64,000 nucleotides of DNA from an uncultured Methanomassiliicoccales archaeon (lineage in GTDB: Archaea; Thermoplasmatota; Thermoplasmata; Methanomassiliicoccales; UBA472), in assembly GCA_963695345.1 (NCBI GenBank), contig OY968769.1:2272001-2336000 (forward strand), given 5' to 3'. This document shows, one piece after another, positions 1 through 9,762 of the stretch. The translations under genes and the position numbers were made by a program. Positions within the stretch are counted from its first letter, which is position 1. Each line of letters begins with the position of its first letter. The notes under the pieces are model-generated. The model was not told the origin of the DNA. It saw nothing but the letters and a program-made list of their open reading frames with translations, and searched no databases.

Positions 1-770
1 TCTGAAATGTATCTTCCAACGAGCTTTCTCCCCAACTTCGCATTCGCATCTCAGTAATTCAAGCTTTCATTCAAATGAATGTAGGTCCCGATGTGATATT
101 GTCGATCTCCACGCCATGATCTGGACGTTACGGCGGCAAGGAAGCGCCGATGGTTCCTGCAATGCTCACGTTATATTAACTTGGCGATATCATTTGTAAG
201 TTTAATATCAATAATTGGTATATTTACGATATCGAAATGCCCATTCAGGACTTATTATGATGAATAATTTCTATATAATTTTGTTTATATCTCATCAATA
301 GGTTTCCGACAGTGGGCGGACAAAACGGAATGGCCCACGTCGGGAGCATTGTTCGCAGTGCCGTCGTATCTGATTTCTGTCGGTACGATATGCAAAGCAT
401 CTCGGATCGATCTTTGATCGGGATGTAAAGGCCGTGCGACCATCGTGCGATTCTTCGATCGCAGTATGGGAGAAACAAATCCTACGATGACCAAAGACTC
501 GTTGGGTCGTCCCGTTCGATCTGCTTGAGCGTAACTTAGGGAATGAGGTTGAGCAGGCATGACAATAAGATATTCTGGGAAAAATGATAATCACGGGATG
601 GGGGTTGGAACGGTCGCCCCGGTCGCAGCTAAACCCGCTGCCTTGGTCGATATGGCAATTCTGAACTGCAGTGCGAACAGAGCGAGGGACCGGGCCTGGA
701 TTATTGGCGATCAGGCGATGAGAAAGGACTCCACCGGGAGCTTAGATTCTCGAACCAGGGGCTGTCTTTA

Positions 771-3719
771 ATGTCATTTTATAGATTCAAGCGCAGGTCC
801 CTGACATTATTGTCTTTCTTGTTTGTGGGAATGCTAATTGGTTCCTCCGTCCTGGTCGTCGCACCTGTCCAAGCGGTCACCGCCCCGGTCGGGGATGGGA
901 CATCCGTTTCCGTGGCATACACCGTCTACAAGGATGCCACCGGTTATACCTGCGCCAAGAGCAGCGCTACCGGAGCAATCGATTTCAGGAGCACCAACTC
1001 GAGATTCGTCATTCAGAGCGCCATTGACAAGCTCTCGAGCGGCTACATCCTGATAAAGGCCGGTCAGTACGACATAACCCAGACCATCTATACCAACACG
1101 GTATCGATCATCGGCGAGGGAAACGCAACAGTTCTGGATGCCACGACCGCATGCAGCGGCGCGGTCATCCGAGTATCGAACAACTACTGGACAGTGGATG
1201 GAAGGTACCTCACCGCTCGTCCCAACGGGATAACCATCGGCAACATGGAGATCGATGGGAACCGGGCTTTACGCACCGGCGGACTGCAGGAAGGGGTCGG
1301 GTTCATAAGTGCCCTCAACAGCCGCATGGTGAGGATATACGTTCATGACCTGATCGGCGGGAACGGGCTCTACATGTCCAATTCCCAGTACTGCAGCGTC
1401 ACCGATTGCCAGGTCTTTAATGTCGGTGCCGATGCCGCCGCCCTATATGGATCGGGTATCGGTTTCGGAAGGGCATCGGGGATAAACGTCGCGAGCTCGT
1501 TCATCACGATCGACAATGTGCTGATCTCGAAGGTGTCGATGTCTTCGATCGACATGAAGCCGGCCAACAACGTGGTCATAACCAATTGCGTGTTCCTCGA
1601 GGCCTCGACCTGGAACGGTCATGCCACCCAGGTCATCTTGACGAATCCGACGGTCGGATATGCGGCCAACGACCGGATAACGGTAACCGGCAACATCGTC
1701 TATGGTGCGTTCGGTGAGTTCATGACGCTGAAGCCGAGCAACTACTCGGTCATCAGCAACAACCTCATCACGTACACCGCAAGCAATTTCTACGCGATAT
1801 ACTCGACCGGATCGCATGACAACAAGATCTCCGGAAACACCATCAAGACCGTTTCCAGGGAAGGCATCATCGGCTTGAACTGCAACTCGATACTCGTCGA
1901 GGGCAACACGATCACGGACACGGCCTCGTCCAAGAACGATTACGGCGTCCGTTTCTACACATCGGGCGGTTCGTCCCTCTATAACGTGATCAAGAGCAAC
2001 AAGATATCCGGTTTCAACTACGCCATAGTGGCAAATGGGCTGAGCGACCACACCACGGTCCAGTACAACACGATCAGCAACTGCAATGTGGGAATCCTGT
2101 TGAGCGGGTCATCCAACGTGAACTCATCCAATCAGGATTCTACCGTGACCATAACCGTTCCGCCGATAACTGATCCGGTCAGCAATGGCGGCGTAGCCTC
2201 CCTGATAATATTCCAGGAAGGAACGCAGACATGCGCGAAGGACGGGACCACCGGGGTGATAAAATACCGCGGGACCGCCACCTACGTGATCCAATCCGCC
2301 ATCGATAACGCGAAAGGCAAGATACTGCTGCTGCCAGGATCGTACAATCTGACCGCTGATATGAACGTCAAGAGGACAGCCGTCATCTCCGGCACATCGG
2401 CGGCATCGACTAAGCTCATTTCGAACGGCATCGCGTTCATCGCGATCACCGCGTCTAATGTCAAGATATCCGACCTATCGCTGTACGGCAACTGCGAGGT
2501 CCTGATCCGGAACAGCGAGGCCAAGGAGGTAACGAACATAACCTGCGAGCGCTTGGAATCATACCTCGGTAGTAGGACCGACGGCTCGTTCGTGGTCGCA
2601 TCCTCCTACGGCTCGGTCATCTCAAAGGTGGTGTTCCGGGACTGCAAGGCCTCCTCGTCGACGTATGGTTTCGTCAACACCGCATTCGGCACGCCCGGTC
2701 AGATCCGCGGCATAACCTTTGTGAACTGTCAGGCGATCGACTGCGGCCGGTATTCCCGCATCAATGAGTGGGTGGTGGGCTTTGACATGAGGGAGCTGGG
2801 ACAGGTCTATGATGCCCAATACATCAACTGTTACGCCTACGGGAACTGGGAATCCGGTTTCCATGTGGAACTGGCCGGATCGCTGGGCAACATCAAATTG
2901 ACCGGATGCCTGGCGGTGGAGAATGGCCGGAGAACGAGTCCCGACTATGGCACAGGGTTCATGATCGGGCAGGGGGTTTCCGCCAACAACTGTACCGCTG
3001 AGAACAACAAGAAGTCCGGATTCTACATCTGCAATAAGGGTGGAGAGACCCTCGTCGACACATGCACCGCCAAGGGATCGGGGCTAGGGTTCGGGGTGGT
3101 CTCAGGGTCCGGGAACAATGTCCTGAGGAACTGCAATGCGAACGGCGCTCGTACTGGCTATCTGTTTGTTGATTGTTATGTGGGCAAGACGTCGGCCAGC
3201 AATATCCGTGCCACCGATTGTGTGGAGGGCATCTCTTCCGGCAACTTCCGAAATCTGGCCATAAATGGGGCACAGATCGTAGGCAAACAGGTCGGAGCGG
3301 TCAACAACGTCCTGATGGGGTACGCTGGAGCTCCGAACTACAACTGCGTTCTGACTAACTTCGAGATCGTCTCAGCCGACCCGACGATCACAGCCGGGAT
3401 AACGTTGGGAGGCCAGGACATTTCCTTCAGCGGCGTTGTGAACGTGAACGCACCGTACGCCATCAACGTCGACTCGGGGAAGAACATCAGGATCGTTGGT
3501 GTCAGCGTATATGCTGGGAAGACCAATCAGGTCGGCATATACAACAACATCGGCACCGGCGTTTTTGTGGACCAGGCGAAACTGATGAACATCAAGGCCT
3601 ATGCCACGTCCTATGCGATCCAAGGCAGGAGCTCGACCTACTACATCACAGTTGGCAGCACCATCATTTCGCAAGGATGGTCAAAGGGCAACCTCAACAC
3701 CCGGAGCGCTGTCGCCTGA
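771..3719 (+). CDS. Secreted protein with two right-handed parallel beta-helix (pectin-lyase/NosD-CASH-like) modules
   Basis: Signal peptide (RRSLTLLSFLFVGMLIGSSVLVVAPVQA); Asn-ladder repeats (ISNNLI, ISGNTI, VEGNTI); two copies of a head motif (TCAKxxxTGxIxxRxT..VIQSAID..G.ILxxxGxYxxT); no C-terminal TM segment. Confidence 0.85.
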   Translation: MSFYRFKRRSLTLLSFLFVGMLIGSSVLVVAPVQAVTAPVGDGTSVSVAYTVYKDATGYTCAKSSATGAIDFRSTNSRFVIQSAIDKLSSGYILIKAGQYDITQTIYTNTVSIIGEGNATVLDATTACSGAVIRVSNNYWTVDGRYLTARPNGITIGNMEIDGNRALRTGGLQEGVGFISALNSRMVRIYVHDLIGGNGLYMSNSQYCSVTDCQVFNVGADAAALYGSGIGFGRASGINVASSFITIDNVLISKVSMSSIDMKPANNVVITNCVFLEASTWNGHATQVILTNPTVGYAANDRITVTGNIVYGAFGEFMTLKPSNYSVISNNLITYTASNFYAIYSTGSHDNKISGNTIKTVSREGIIGLNCNSILVEGNTITDTASSKNDYGVRFYTSGGSSLYNVIKSNKISGFNYAIVANGLSDHTTVQYNTISNCNVGILLSGSSNVNSSNQDSTVTITVPPITDPVSNGGVASLIIFQEGTQTCAKDGTTGVIKYRGTATYVIQSAIDNAKGKILLLPGSYNLTADMNVKRTAVISGTSAASTKLISNGIAFIAITASNVKISDLSLYGNCEVLIRNSEAKEVTNITCERLESYLGSRTDGSFVVASSYGSVISKVVFRDCKASSSTYGFVNTAFGTPGQIRGITFVNCQAIDCGRYSRINEWVVGFDMRELGQVYDAQYINCYAYGNWESGFHVELAGSLGNIKLTGCLAVENGRRTSPDYGTGFMIGQGVSANNCTAENNKKSGFYICNKGGETLVDTCTAKGSGLGFGVVSGSGNNVLRNCNANGARTGYLFVDCYVGKTSASNIRATDCVEGISSGNFRNLAINGAQIVGKQVGAVNNVLMGYAGAPNYNCVLTNFEIVSADPTITAGITLGGQDISFSGVVNVNAPYAINVDSGKNIRIVGVSVYAGKTNQVGIYNNIGTGVFVDQAKLMNIKAYATSYAIQGRSSTYYITVGSTIISQGWSKGNLNTRSAVA

Positions 3720-4321
3720 TGATGCGGTCCGTCATCCAACCTCAGATCCTTTGAGGCAAACCCTTTCACTCCACATTTTTCCTAGTTCGATATGCGATGA
3801 CAAACGGGGTACTGGGTCGGGCCTCGATCAATGAAATGAGCGGGTGGATGCGTCATCCTAGAGAAGATGGATATCCGACCGGAGACATGCATTGGTCATT
3901 CGCTGCTGGTGTTCGGCACGTCCAGAGGTCAACATCTTTGCATAAGAAGGTCACCGGATTCTCCCTATGGTACGTTATCGGGATTGATAATCGGACCCCT
4001 CCCTAATTAAAGGAGGAAGGGACTCATGGCGACACCAATAAGGCTCTTCCTCGGACAACTGCAATTCTTGGAAATATTTTTGAATGATCAATTATAATCA
4101 CATGGTTAGATATTTAATTTAAAACGATTGTAAATGCTATTGATAATTTTTATCAGAAATTTTCTTAATATCTATTGAAAAATTACGAACGTTTGGAAAA
4201 AACGACTGCATTTTTTCATTATTGATAACCAGTCAACTTAGTTTATAACACAAAAATGAGGTCTAGTCTTATGGGCCGTGAGGAGATCGGTGAAAAACCA
4301 ATCATTATCAAGAAGCACCGA

Positions 4322-7300
4322 ATGAAGAACTACGCTGTAATTCTCGGATCCATGGTAATCGTTGGCATGATGTTGTCCGTCGCAGTGCAGACAACCAGTG
4401 CCATACCGAGCTATGATTACAGGATCAGCGGTTCTCAAGTCCTCGGACCCACTGGCACGGTAGTCTATTCCGGTTCTGACTTCTCCCGGGCACTGACCTG
4501 GGCCACCGGCCAGGCGAACAAGGTCACTTATGTGCCCGCGGGCAATTACGTCATTAACACGGCCATCTATCCAGCAGCCGGCATCACCCTGATCGGCGAT
4601 GGTGACGGACCCACCGGAACGGTGTTCAATTTCAACGATCCAGCCCTCACCGCCGAGCAATTCGTCGTGTACAATGTGAATGGCATAACGTTCAGCAATT
4701 TCAGGATGACAGGGTATGGCAGCATTGAGGTCTACGCCTCACGTCAGGATGTCACCTCGATAACCTTCGATCACGTGACCGGCTACCGCTGCGGCGGGAA
4801 CGACTACGTCTTCGGACTGGTCGCGGCCAGTCCCTACAAGGTAAATGGAGTGACATTCACCAACTGCCACGCAGAGGGTGCGGATGCCTTCGGTTTCCTC
4901 TTGACCGGTTCCGGTCTCAAGACCAATGTCGTCTTCACTGACTGCACCGCCAACTATTGCGGATACTATTCCACCCGTTTCAATGAATGGACGGCGGGAT
5001 TCGATGTGTGCGAGCTCGGCAGCGCCTCCAAGATAACGCTCACCAGGTGCACAGCCACATACAATTTGGAAGCAGGTTTCCACCTGGAGTACGCCCCATT
5101 GGAAACTGAGATACTGTTCGTCAATTGTGTTGCAAACTACAACGGACAGAAGGCAGCCGGTACGGTCAACAGCGACGGTACTGTTGGTACGCAGTATGGA
5201 GTAGGTTTCTTATTCAAACCCACAAATGTACCGAACATATCGTTCAGTGGATGCTCGGGTACGGGAAACACTCTGGGATTGAGCAGATTGGCTCCAGGAG
5301 CCTCGACTCTGTCCACCGTCCCCACGATCCATTGGAAACCGACGTTCACCAACAGCCCGGCCACCACCGGCAAGATCGGGGTCGCCTACTCGTACACCCC
5401 GACCGTCAATGAATCCTCAACACTATCATCGGTCGCCAAGCCGTCCTGGGCCTCCTGGTCCGGAACGAGCATGACCGGTACTCCGGCAACTGCCGGGTCC
5501 TATACCTTCTCTATAAAGGCAACGTCCAACTCAGGAACTTTGTCCAGCTGGAAGAACTGGACCGTGACCGTCCCGACCGTGGTCGTACCGAAGACCTGGG
5601 CGCCGACGTTCACCAACAGCCCGGCCACCACCGGCAAGATCGGGGTCGCCTACTCGTACACCCCTACGGTGAATGAGTCATCCACTCTCTCATCAGTCGC
5701 CAAGCCGTCCTGGGCCTCCTGGTCCGGTACTGTGATGTCCGGTAGTCCTCCAACAGCAGGATCTTATTCCTTCTCGATCAAGGCGGTATCGACCTCTGGA
5801 ACTTTGTCCAGCTGGAAGAACTGGACCGTGTCCGTTCCGACCGTAGTAACTCATTGGAAACCGACCTTCACCAACAGCCCGGCAACAACCGGCACGATTG
5901 GGAGTGTCTACTCGTACACCCCGACGGTGAACGAGTCATCCACTCTCTCGTTGGTCACCAAGCCGTCCTGGGCCTCCTGGTCCGGAACGACCATGACCGG
6001 CACCCCAACAACCGCCGGATCCTATACCTTCTCGATAAAGGCAACGTCCAACTCTGGAACTTTGTCCAGCTGGAAGAACTGGACCGTGACCGTCCCGACC
6101 GTGGTCGTACCGAAGACCTGGGCGCCGACGTTCACCAACAGCCCGGCCACGACTGGCAAGGTAGGGGTAGCATACTCGTATGCTCCGATGGTCAACGAAT
6201 CCTCAACCCTCTCTTTGGTCGCCAAGCCGTCCTGGGCCTCCTGGTCTGGTTCAGTGATGTCAGGGACTCCCGCTGTGGCAGGATCATCATCCTTCAGCGT
6301 TAAGGCGACGTCCAACTCCGGGACGCTCTCCAGCTGGAAGAACTGGACCGTGTCCGTCCCGACCGTGGTAGTACCTAAGACCTGGGCGTCAACGTTCACC
6401 AACAGTCCAAGCACTACTGGAATGATAGGGTCGGTATATTCGTACACCCCGACGGTAAACGAGTCGTCCACTCTCTCATCGGTCACCAAGCCGTCCTGGG
6501 CCTCCTGGTCCGGCACGGCAATGTCCGGTACGCCAACCACGGCAGGATCATATTCCTTCTCGGTCAAAGCTGTATCAACCTCTGGAACTTTGTCCAGCTG
6601 GAAGAACTGGACCGTGACCGTCCCGACCGTGGTCGTACCGAAGACCTGGGCGCCGACGTTCACCAACACCCCGGCCACCGTGGGAAAGATCGGATCAAGC
6701 TATTCTTATGTGCCAACGGTGAACGAGTCCTCAAGTCTGACGCTGGTATCAAAGCCGTCCTGGGCCTCCTGGTCCGGAACGACCATGACCGGCACCCCGA
6801 CAACCGCCGGGTCCTATGCCTTCTCGGTCAAGGCGACGTCCAACTCCGGGACGCTCACTAGCTGGAAGAACTGGACCGTGACCGTCCCGACCGTGGTAGT
6901 ACCTAAGACCTGGGCGCCGACCTTCACCAACAGTCCAGCCACTACCGGAAAGATCGGGGTCGTGTATTCATACACCCCGAAGGTCAACGAGTCCTCTTCT
7001 CTCCTGTTGGTTTCGAAGCCGTCCTGGGCCAAATGGTCCGGAACGACCATGACCGGTACGCCAACCACGGCAGGATCTTATTCCTTCAGCGTCAAGGCCA
7101 CATCGACCTCGGGAACACTCACCAGCGTAAAGAGCTGGACCGTGACCATTCCAGCCCTTGAGCCAGCCCACTGGGCGCCGAAGTTCATCAAGAACCCGGC
7201 CACGACAGGTAAGGTATGGGTCACCTACTCGTACACCCCGACGGTGAATGAGTCATCCACTCTCTCATCGGTCGCCAAGCCGTCCTGGGCCTCCTGGTCC

Positions 7301-7486
7301 GGCAAAGTGATCTCAGGAACGCCCACCGCCCCAGGATCTTATTCCTTCAGCGTCAAGGCCACATCGGTCGCCGGTGACCTGTCGAGCTGGCAGAACTGGA
7401 CCGTGACTATATCCTCCAGTCATTCGTCATGGAACAACTGGAACCACCATCATTACAACAACCATCTGATGGCACGGAAGGTCTGA
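4322..7486 (+). CDS. Secreted beta-helix domain protein with 8 tandem ~88-aa putative Ig (He_PIG-like) repeats
   Basis: ATG 4322 precedes a signal peptide (MKNYAVILGSMVIVGMMLSVAVQTTSA); the ORF track starts at 4256. Beta-helix N-terminal domain, then repeats PTFTNSPATTG..YSYTP..KPSWASWSG..GTP..AGSYxFSxKA..WTVTV. Confidence 0.85.
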   Translation: MKNYAVILGSMVIVGMMLSVAVQTTSAIPSYDYRISGSQVLGPTGTVVYSGSDFSRALTWATGQANKVTYVPAGNYVINTAIYPAAGITLIGDGDGPTGTVFNFNDPALTAEQFVVYNVNGITFSNFRMTGYGSIEVYASRQDVTSITFDHVTGYRCGGNDYVFGLVAASPYKVNGVTFTNCHAEGADAFGFLLTGSGLKTNVVFTDCTANYCGYYSTRFNEWTAGFDVCELGSASKITLTRCTATYNLEAGFHLEYAPLETEILFVNCVANYNGQKAAGTVNSDGTVGTQYGVGFLFKPTNVPNISFSGCSGTGNTLGLSRLAPGASTLSTVPTIHWKPTFTNSPATTGKIGVAYSYTPTVNESSTLSSVAKPSWASWSGTSMTGTPATAGSYTFSIKATSNSGTLSSWKNWTVTVPTVVVPKTWAPTFTNSPATTGKIGVAYSYTPTVNESSTLSSVAKPSWASWSGTVMSGSPPTAGSYSFSIKAVSTSGTLSSWKNWTVSVPTVVTHWKPTFTNSPATTGTIGSVYSYTPTVNESSTLSLVTKPSWASWSGTTMTGTPTTAGSYTFSIKATSNSGTLSSWKNWTVTVPTVVVPKTWAPTFTNSPATTGKVGVAYSYAPMVNESSTLSLVAKPSWASWSGSVMSGTPAVAGSSSFSVKATSNSGTLSSWKNWTVSVPTVVVPKTWASTFTNSPSTTGMIGSVYSYTPTVNESSTLSSVTKPSWASWSGTAMSGTPTTAGSYSFSVKAVSTSGTLSSWKNWTVTVPTVVVPKTWAPTFTNTPATVGKIGSSYSYVPTVNESSSLTLVSKPSWASWSGTTMTGTPTTAGSYAFSVKATSNSGTLTSWKNWTVTVPTVVVPKTWAPTFTNSPATTGKIGVVYSYTPKVNESSSLLLVSKPSWAKWSGTTMTGTPTTAGSYSFSVKATSTSGTLTSVKSWTVTIPALEPAHWAPKFIKNPATTGKVWVTYSYTPTVNESSTLSSVAKPSWASWSGKVISGTPTAPGSYSFSVKATSVAGDLSSWQNWTVTISSSHSSWNNWNHHHYNNHLMARKV
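5330..7415 (+). repeat. Intragenic tandem repeat, 8 units, period ~264 nt
   Basis: Core AAGCCGTCCTGGGCC starts at 5438, 5702, 5960, 6224, 6488, 6752, 7016 and 7277 (spacings 264, 258, 264, 264, 264, 264, 261). Confidence 0.95.
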
Positions 7487-7732
7487 TCGATGGAGTGACA
7501 AAACAACAGGTCAAAGGTCTCGATCAGTTCCGTGTCAACATTCAGGAACTATCGGACCACCATTTTTCTTTAATCACGCGTTCTATTCTGCACAGTTGGA
7601 AAGACCGCAGCCTAAGAACATTGTCAATAACATCGATATTCAATATGGAGCGACCTCCATCCTTGGCATCCAGTTTCTTTTCGTCCTTCACCTGGCATTG
7701 CCTGAAGGCTTGACTGGCTTACTTACTTCCGT

Positions 7733-9448
7733 CTAATTCTTGCCCAGGATATAGTTACCCATCACCAGATAGTCAAGCCCGGTGGTGAAGAAACAGCGGA
7801 TGGCGTCTCCGGGCGATTCCACGATCGGTTCGCCCATCACATTGAAGCTGGTGTTCAGAAGGACCGGAACCCCGCTCAGTTTCTCAAACTCCTTCAACAA
7901 CTGGTGGAAGCGCGGGTTGGTCTCCTGGTGGACCGTCTGCAGGCGGGCCGTTCCATCGACGTGGGTGACGGCCGGGATGACCTCCTTCTTGTCATGGAGC
8001 ACGTCGCATACCTTCAACATGAACGGATCGGCCACGTTCTGTTCGAAGAACCGAGGCGTATCCTCTATCGGGCAGGAGGGCGCGAAGGGCCGGAACGCCT
8101 CCCGATGCTTGACCTGCGCGTTTATCTTGTCCTTCATGCCCGGTAGGGTCGGATCGGCCAGTATGCTTCGGTTCCCCAAGGCGCGGGGACCGATCTCCAT
8201 GCGACCCTGGAACCATCCGACGATATTGCCCTGCTTCAGAAGCTCGGCGGTCACCGACTCTAGTTCCCCGTCCGGGAGATACCGATGGGCCAATTTGGAT
8301 TCCTCGATGATCTTCCCTATGGCAGGGTTCCCGTACTCGGTGCCTACGAAGGGATCATGGTGGACAAAGGCGCGGGGGTGGCCCAGAACGCTGTTGTACA
8401 CATAGTAGGCGGCTCCAATGGCAGTACCATTGTCACCGGCCGCTGGCATGACGTAGAGGTCCTTGAACCCGCTCTCCCGCACCAATCTGCCGTTGGTCAC
8501 GCTGTTCAGGGCGACCCCGCCCGAGATCACCAGGTAATCTTCCTTGGTGCGTTCCCGCAGTTGGCGGGCCATCTTGAGTATGCATTCCTCCAGCTGCTGC
8601 TGGAAAGCCGCCGCCACATCCAGATGGCGCTGCTCGAATTTGGCCGCCTTCGCCTTCTGGCGGGGCTGGCCGCAAATATCATAGAATTTCTTGGATAGGC
8701 GGTCTGGATAAGCCGGACCAAAATTGTAGTTGAAGTATGAAAGGTCAACTCCGATGGACATATCATCCTTGATCCAGAACATTTTCGAAACCGCCTCCCC
8801 AAAGGTGTCTGGATTGCCCAAGGGCGCCAGTCCCATCGTCTTGCCCTCATCATAATGCGCCTTGAAACCGCAGAACTCCGTGGCCGCTTCATACACGCAG
8901 CCCAGTGAGTATGGAAAGTAGTCCTGGGACAAACACTCGAATTTGTTCGCCTTACCAACACCCTTGAAGGTTGTGGCCCATTCGCCCGATCCATCCACGG
9001 ACAGAAGGGCGGCGCTCTCATAGGGGCTGACAAAGAAAGAGCCTACGGCGTGGGAGACATGGTGAGGAACGAAATGAATTACTGGCTTCTTGTCCTTGGC
9101 GTAGGTCGCGTTCAGCCAGGACCTGAAGGCTTTATGCTTCAGCCGCGGGTCAAGCACCTGCCCTTCGACATAGGGCCACAATTTGCGCCACGCTCTCATC
9201 CCATAGGCCGCCTTTTTCGGCCAGTCCAGCCTCGGCTGCACGGAGATGGCGATGTGGTCGATGTCCTTGGCCGTCAGTCCAGCGATCTCCAGGCAGCGCG
9301 CGATCGCCTGTTTGGGGAATGCCTCAGTGTGCTTCTGCCGGGTCAGCCTCTCCTCTTCGATGGCAACCACCAATTTGCCGTCCTTGACCACACAAGCCGT
9401 CGAGTCATGGTAGATGTAATTGAGACCGAGAATATTCATAGGCTTCAT
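7733..9448 (-). CDS. Carbamoyltransferase, NodU/CmcH family
   Basis: MNILGLNYIYHDSTAC..AIEEERLTRQKH; HHVSHA; VDGSGE; DEGKTMGLAPLG; SGGVALN; PAAGDNG; GPRALGNRSILADP; VKHREAFRPFAPS; VTHVDGTARLQTV; LLNTSFN..GEPIV. Start taken at MKPMNIL (9448). Confidence 0.95.
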   Translation of the reverse strand: MKPMNILGLNYIYHDSTACVVKDGKLVVAIEEERLTRQKHTEAFPKQAIARCLEIAGLTAKDIDHIAISVQPRLDWPKKAAYGMRAWRKLWPYVEGQVLDPRLKHKAFRSWLNATYAKDKKPVIHFVPHHVSHAVGSFFVSPYESAALLSVDGSGEWATTFKGVGKANKFECLSQDYFPYSLGCVYEAATEFCGFKAHYDEGKTMGLAPLGNPDTFGEAVSKMFWIKDDMSIGVDLSYFNYNFGPAYPDRLSKKFYDICGQPRQKAKAAKFEQRHLDVAAAFQQQLEECILKMARQLRERTKEDYLVISGGVALNSVTNGRLVRESGFKDLYVMPAAGDNGTAIGAAYYVYNSVLGHPRAFVHHDPFVGTEYGNPAIGKIIEESKLAHRYLPDGELESVTAELLKQGNIVGWFQGRMEIGPRALGNRSILADPTLPGMKDKINAQVKHREAFRPFAPSCPIEDTPRFFEQNVADPFMLKVCDVLHDKKEVIPAVTHVDGTARLQTVHQETNPRFHQLLKEFEKLSGVPVLLNTSFNVMGEPIVESPGDAIRCFFTTGLDYLVMGNYILGKN

Positions 9449-9762
9449 CCTGGTGGCAATTTGTCCTACCCACTTCATAATATGAGATACTATTACTTTC
9501 TTTTGGGATGACTCGATTCCTACATTGCTACAGGTTCGCAGCATATTAACGGTTCAGGTTGGAGAAGTGGGTGAAAGGCCAGAACTTATTCCTCGATCTC
9601 CATGCTGACAGTTCGAATGACACCATCGCATCGATATGCTCGTTGGTCTGCCATCCTTCTGAGAATAGGGCGTGATCGTCCCCCATCTCAACGTTCCATA
9701 GAAATTAGGGAGATATATTAAAGCGGCGACAAACACGGTTACGCATCACCAATGGTATTCCT

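Noticed and set aside
245-771. Short ORFs of 70-99 aa upstream of the first gene
   Set aside because: They overlap one another on both strands with no motifs or clear SD; more likely non-coding leader
5330-7415. Near-identical repeats as a CRISPR array or DGR template/variable pair
   Set aside because: Units are in-frame ~264-nt protein domains with no unique spacers; differences are not adenine-specific and no reverse transcriptase is present
771-9448. Provirus or genomic island suggested by tailspike-like domains
   Set aside because: The proteins have signal peptides, and no integrase, capsid, terminase, att site or tRNA is visible
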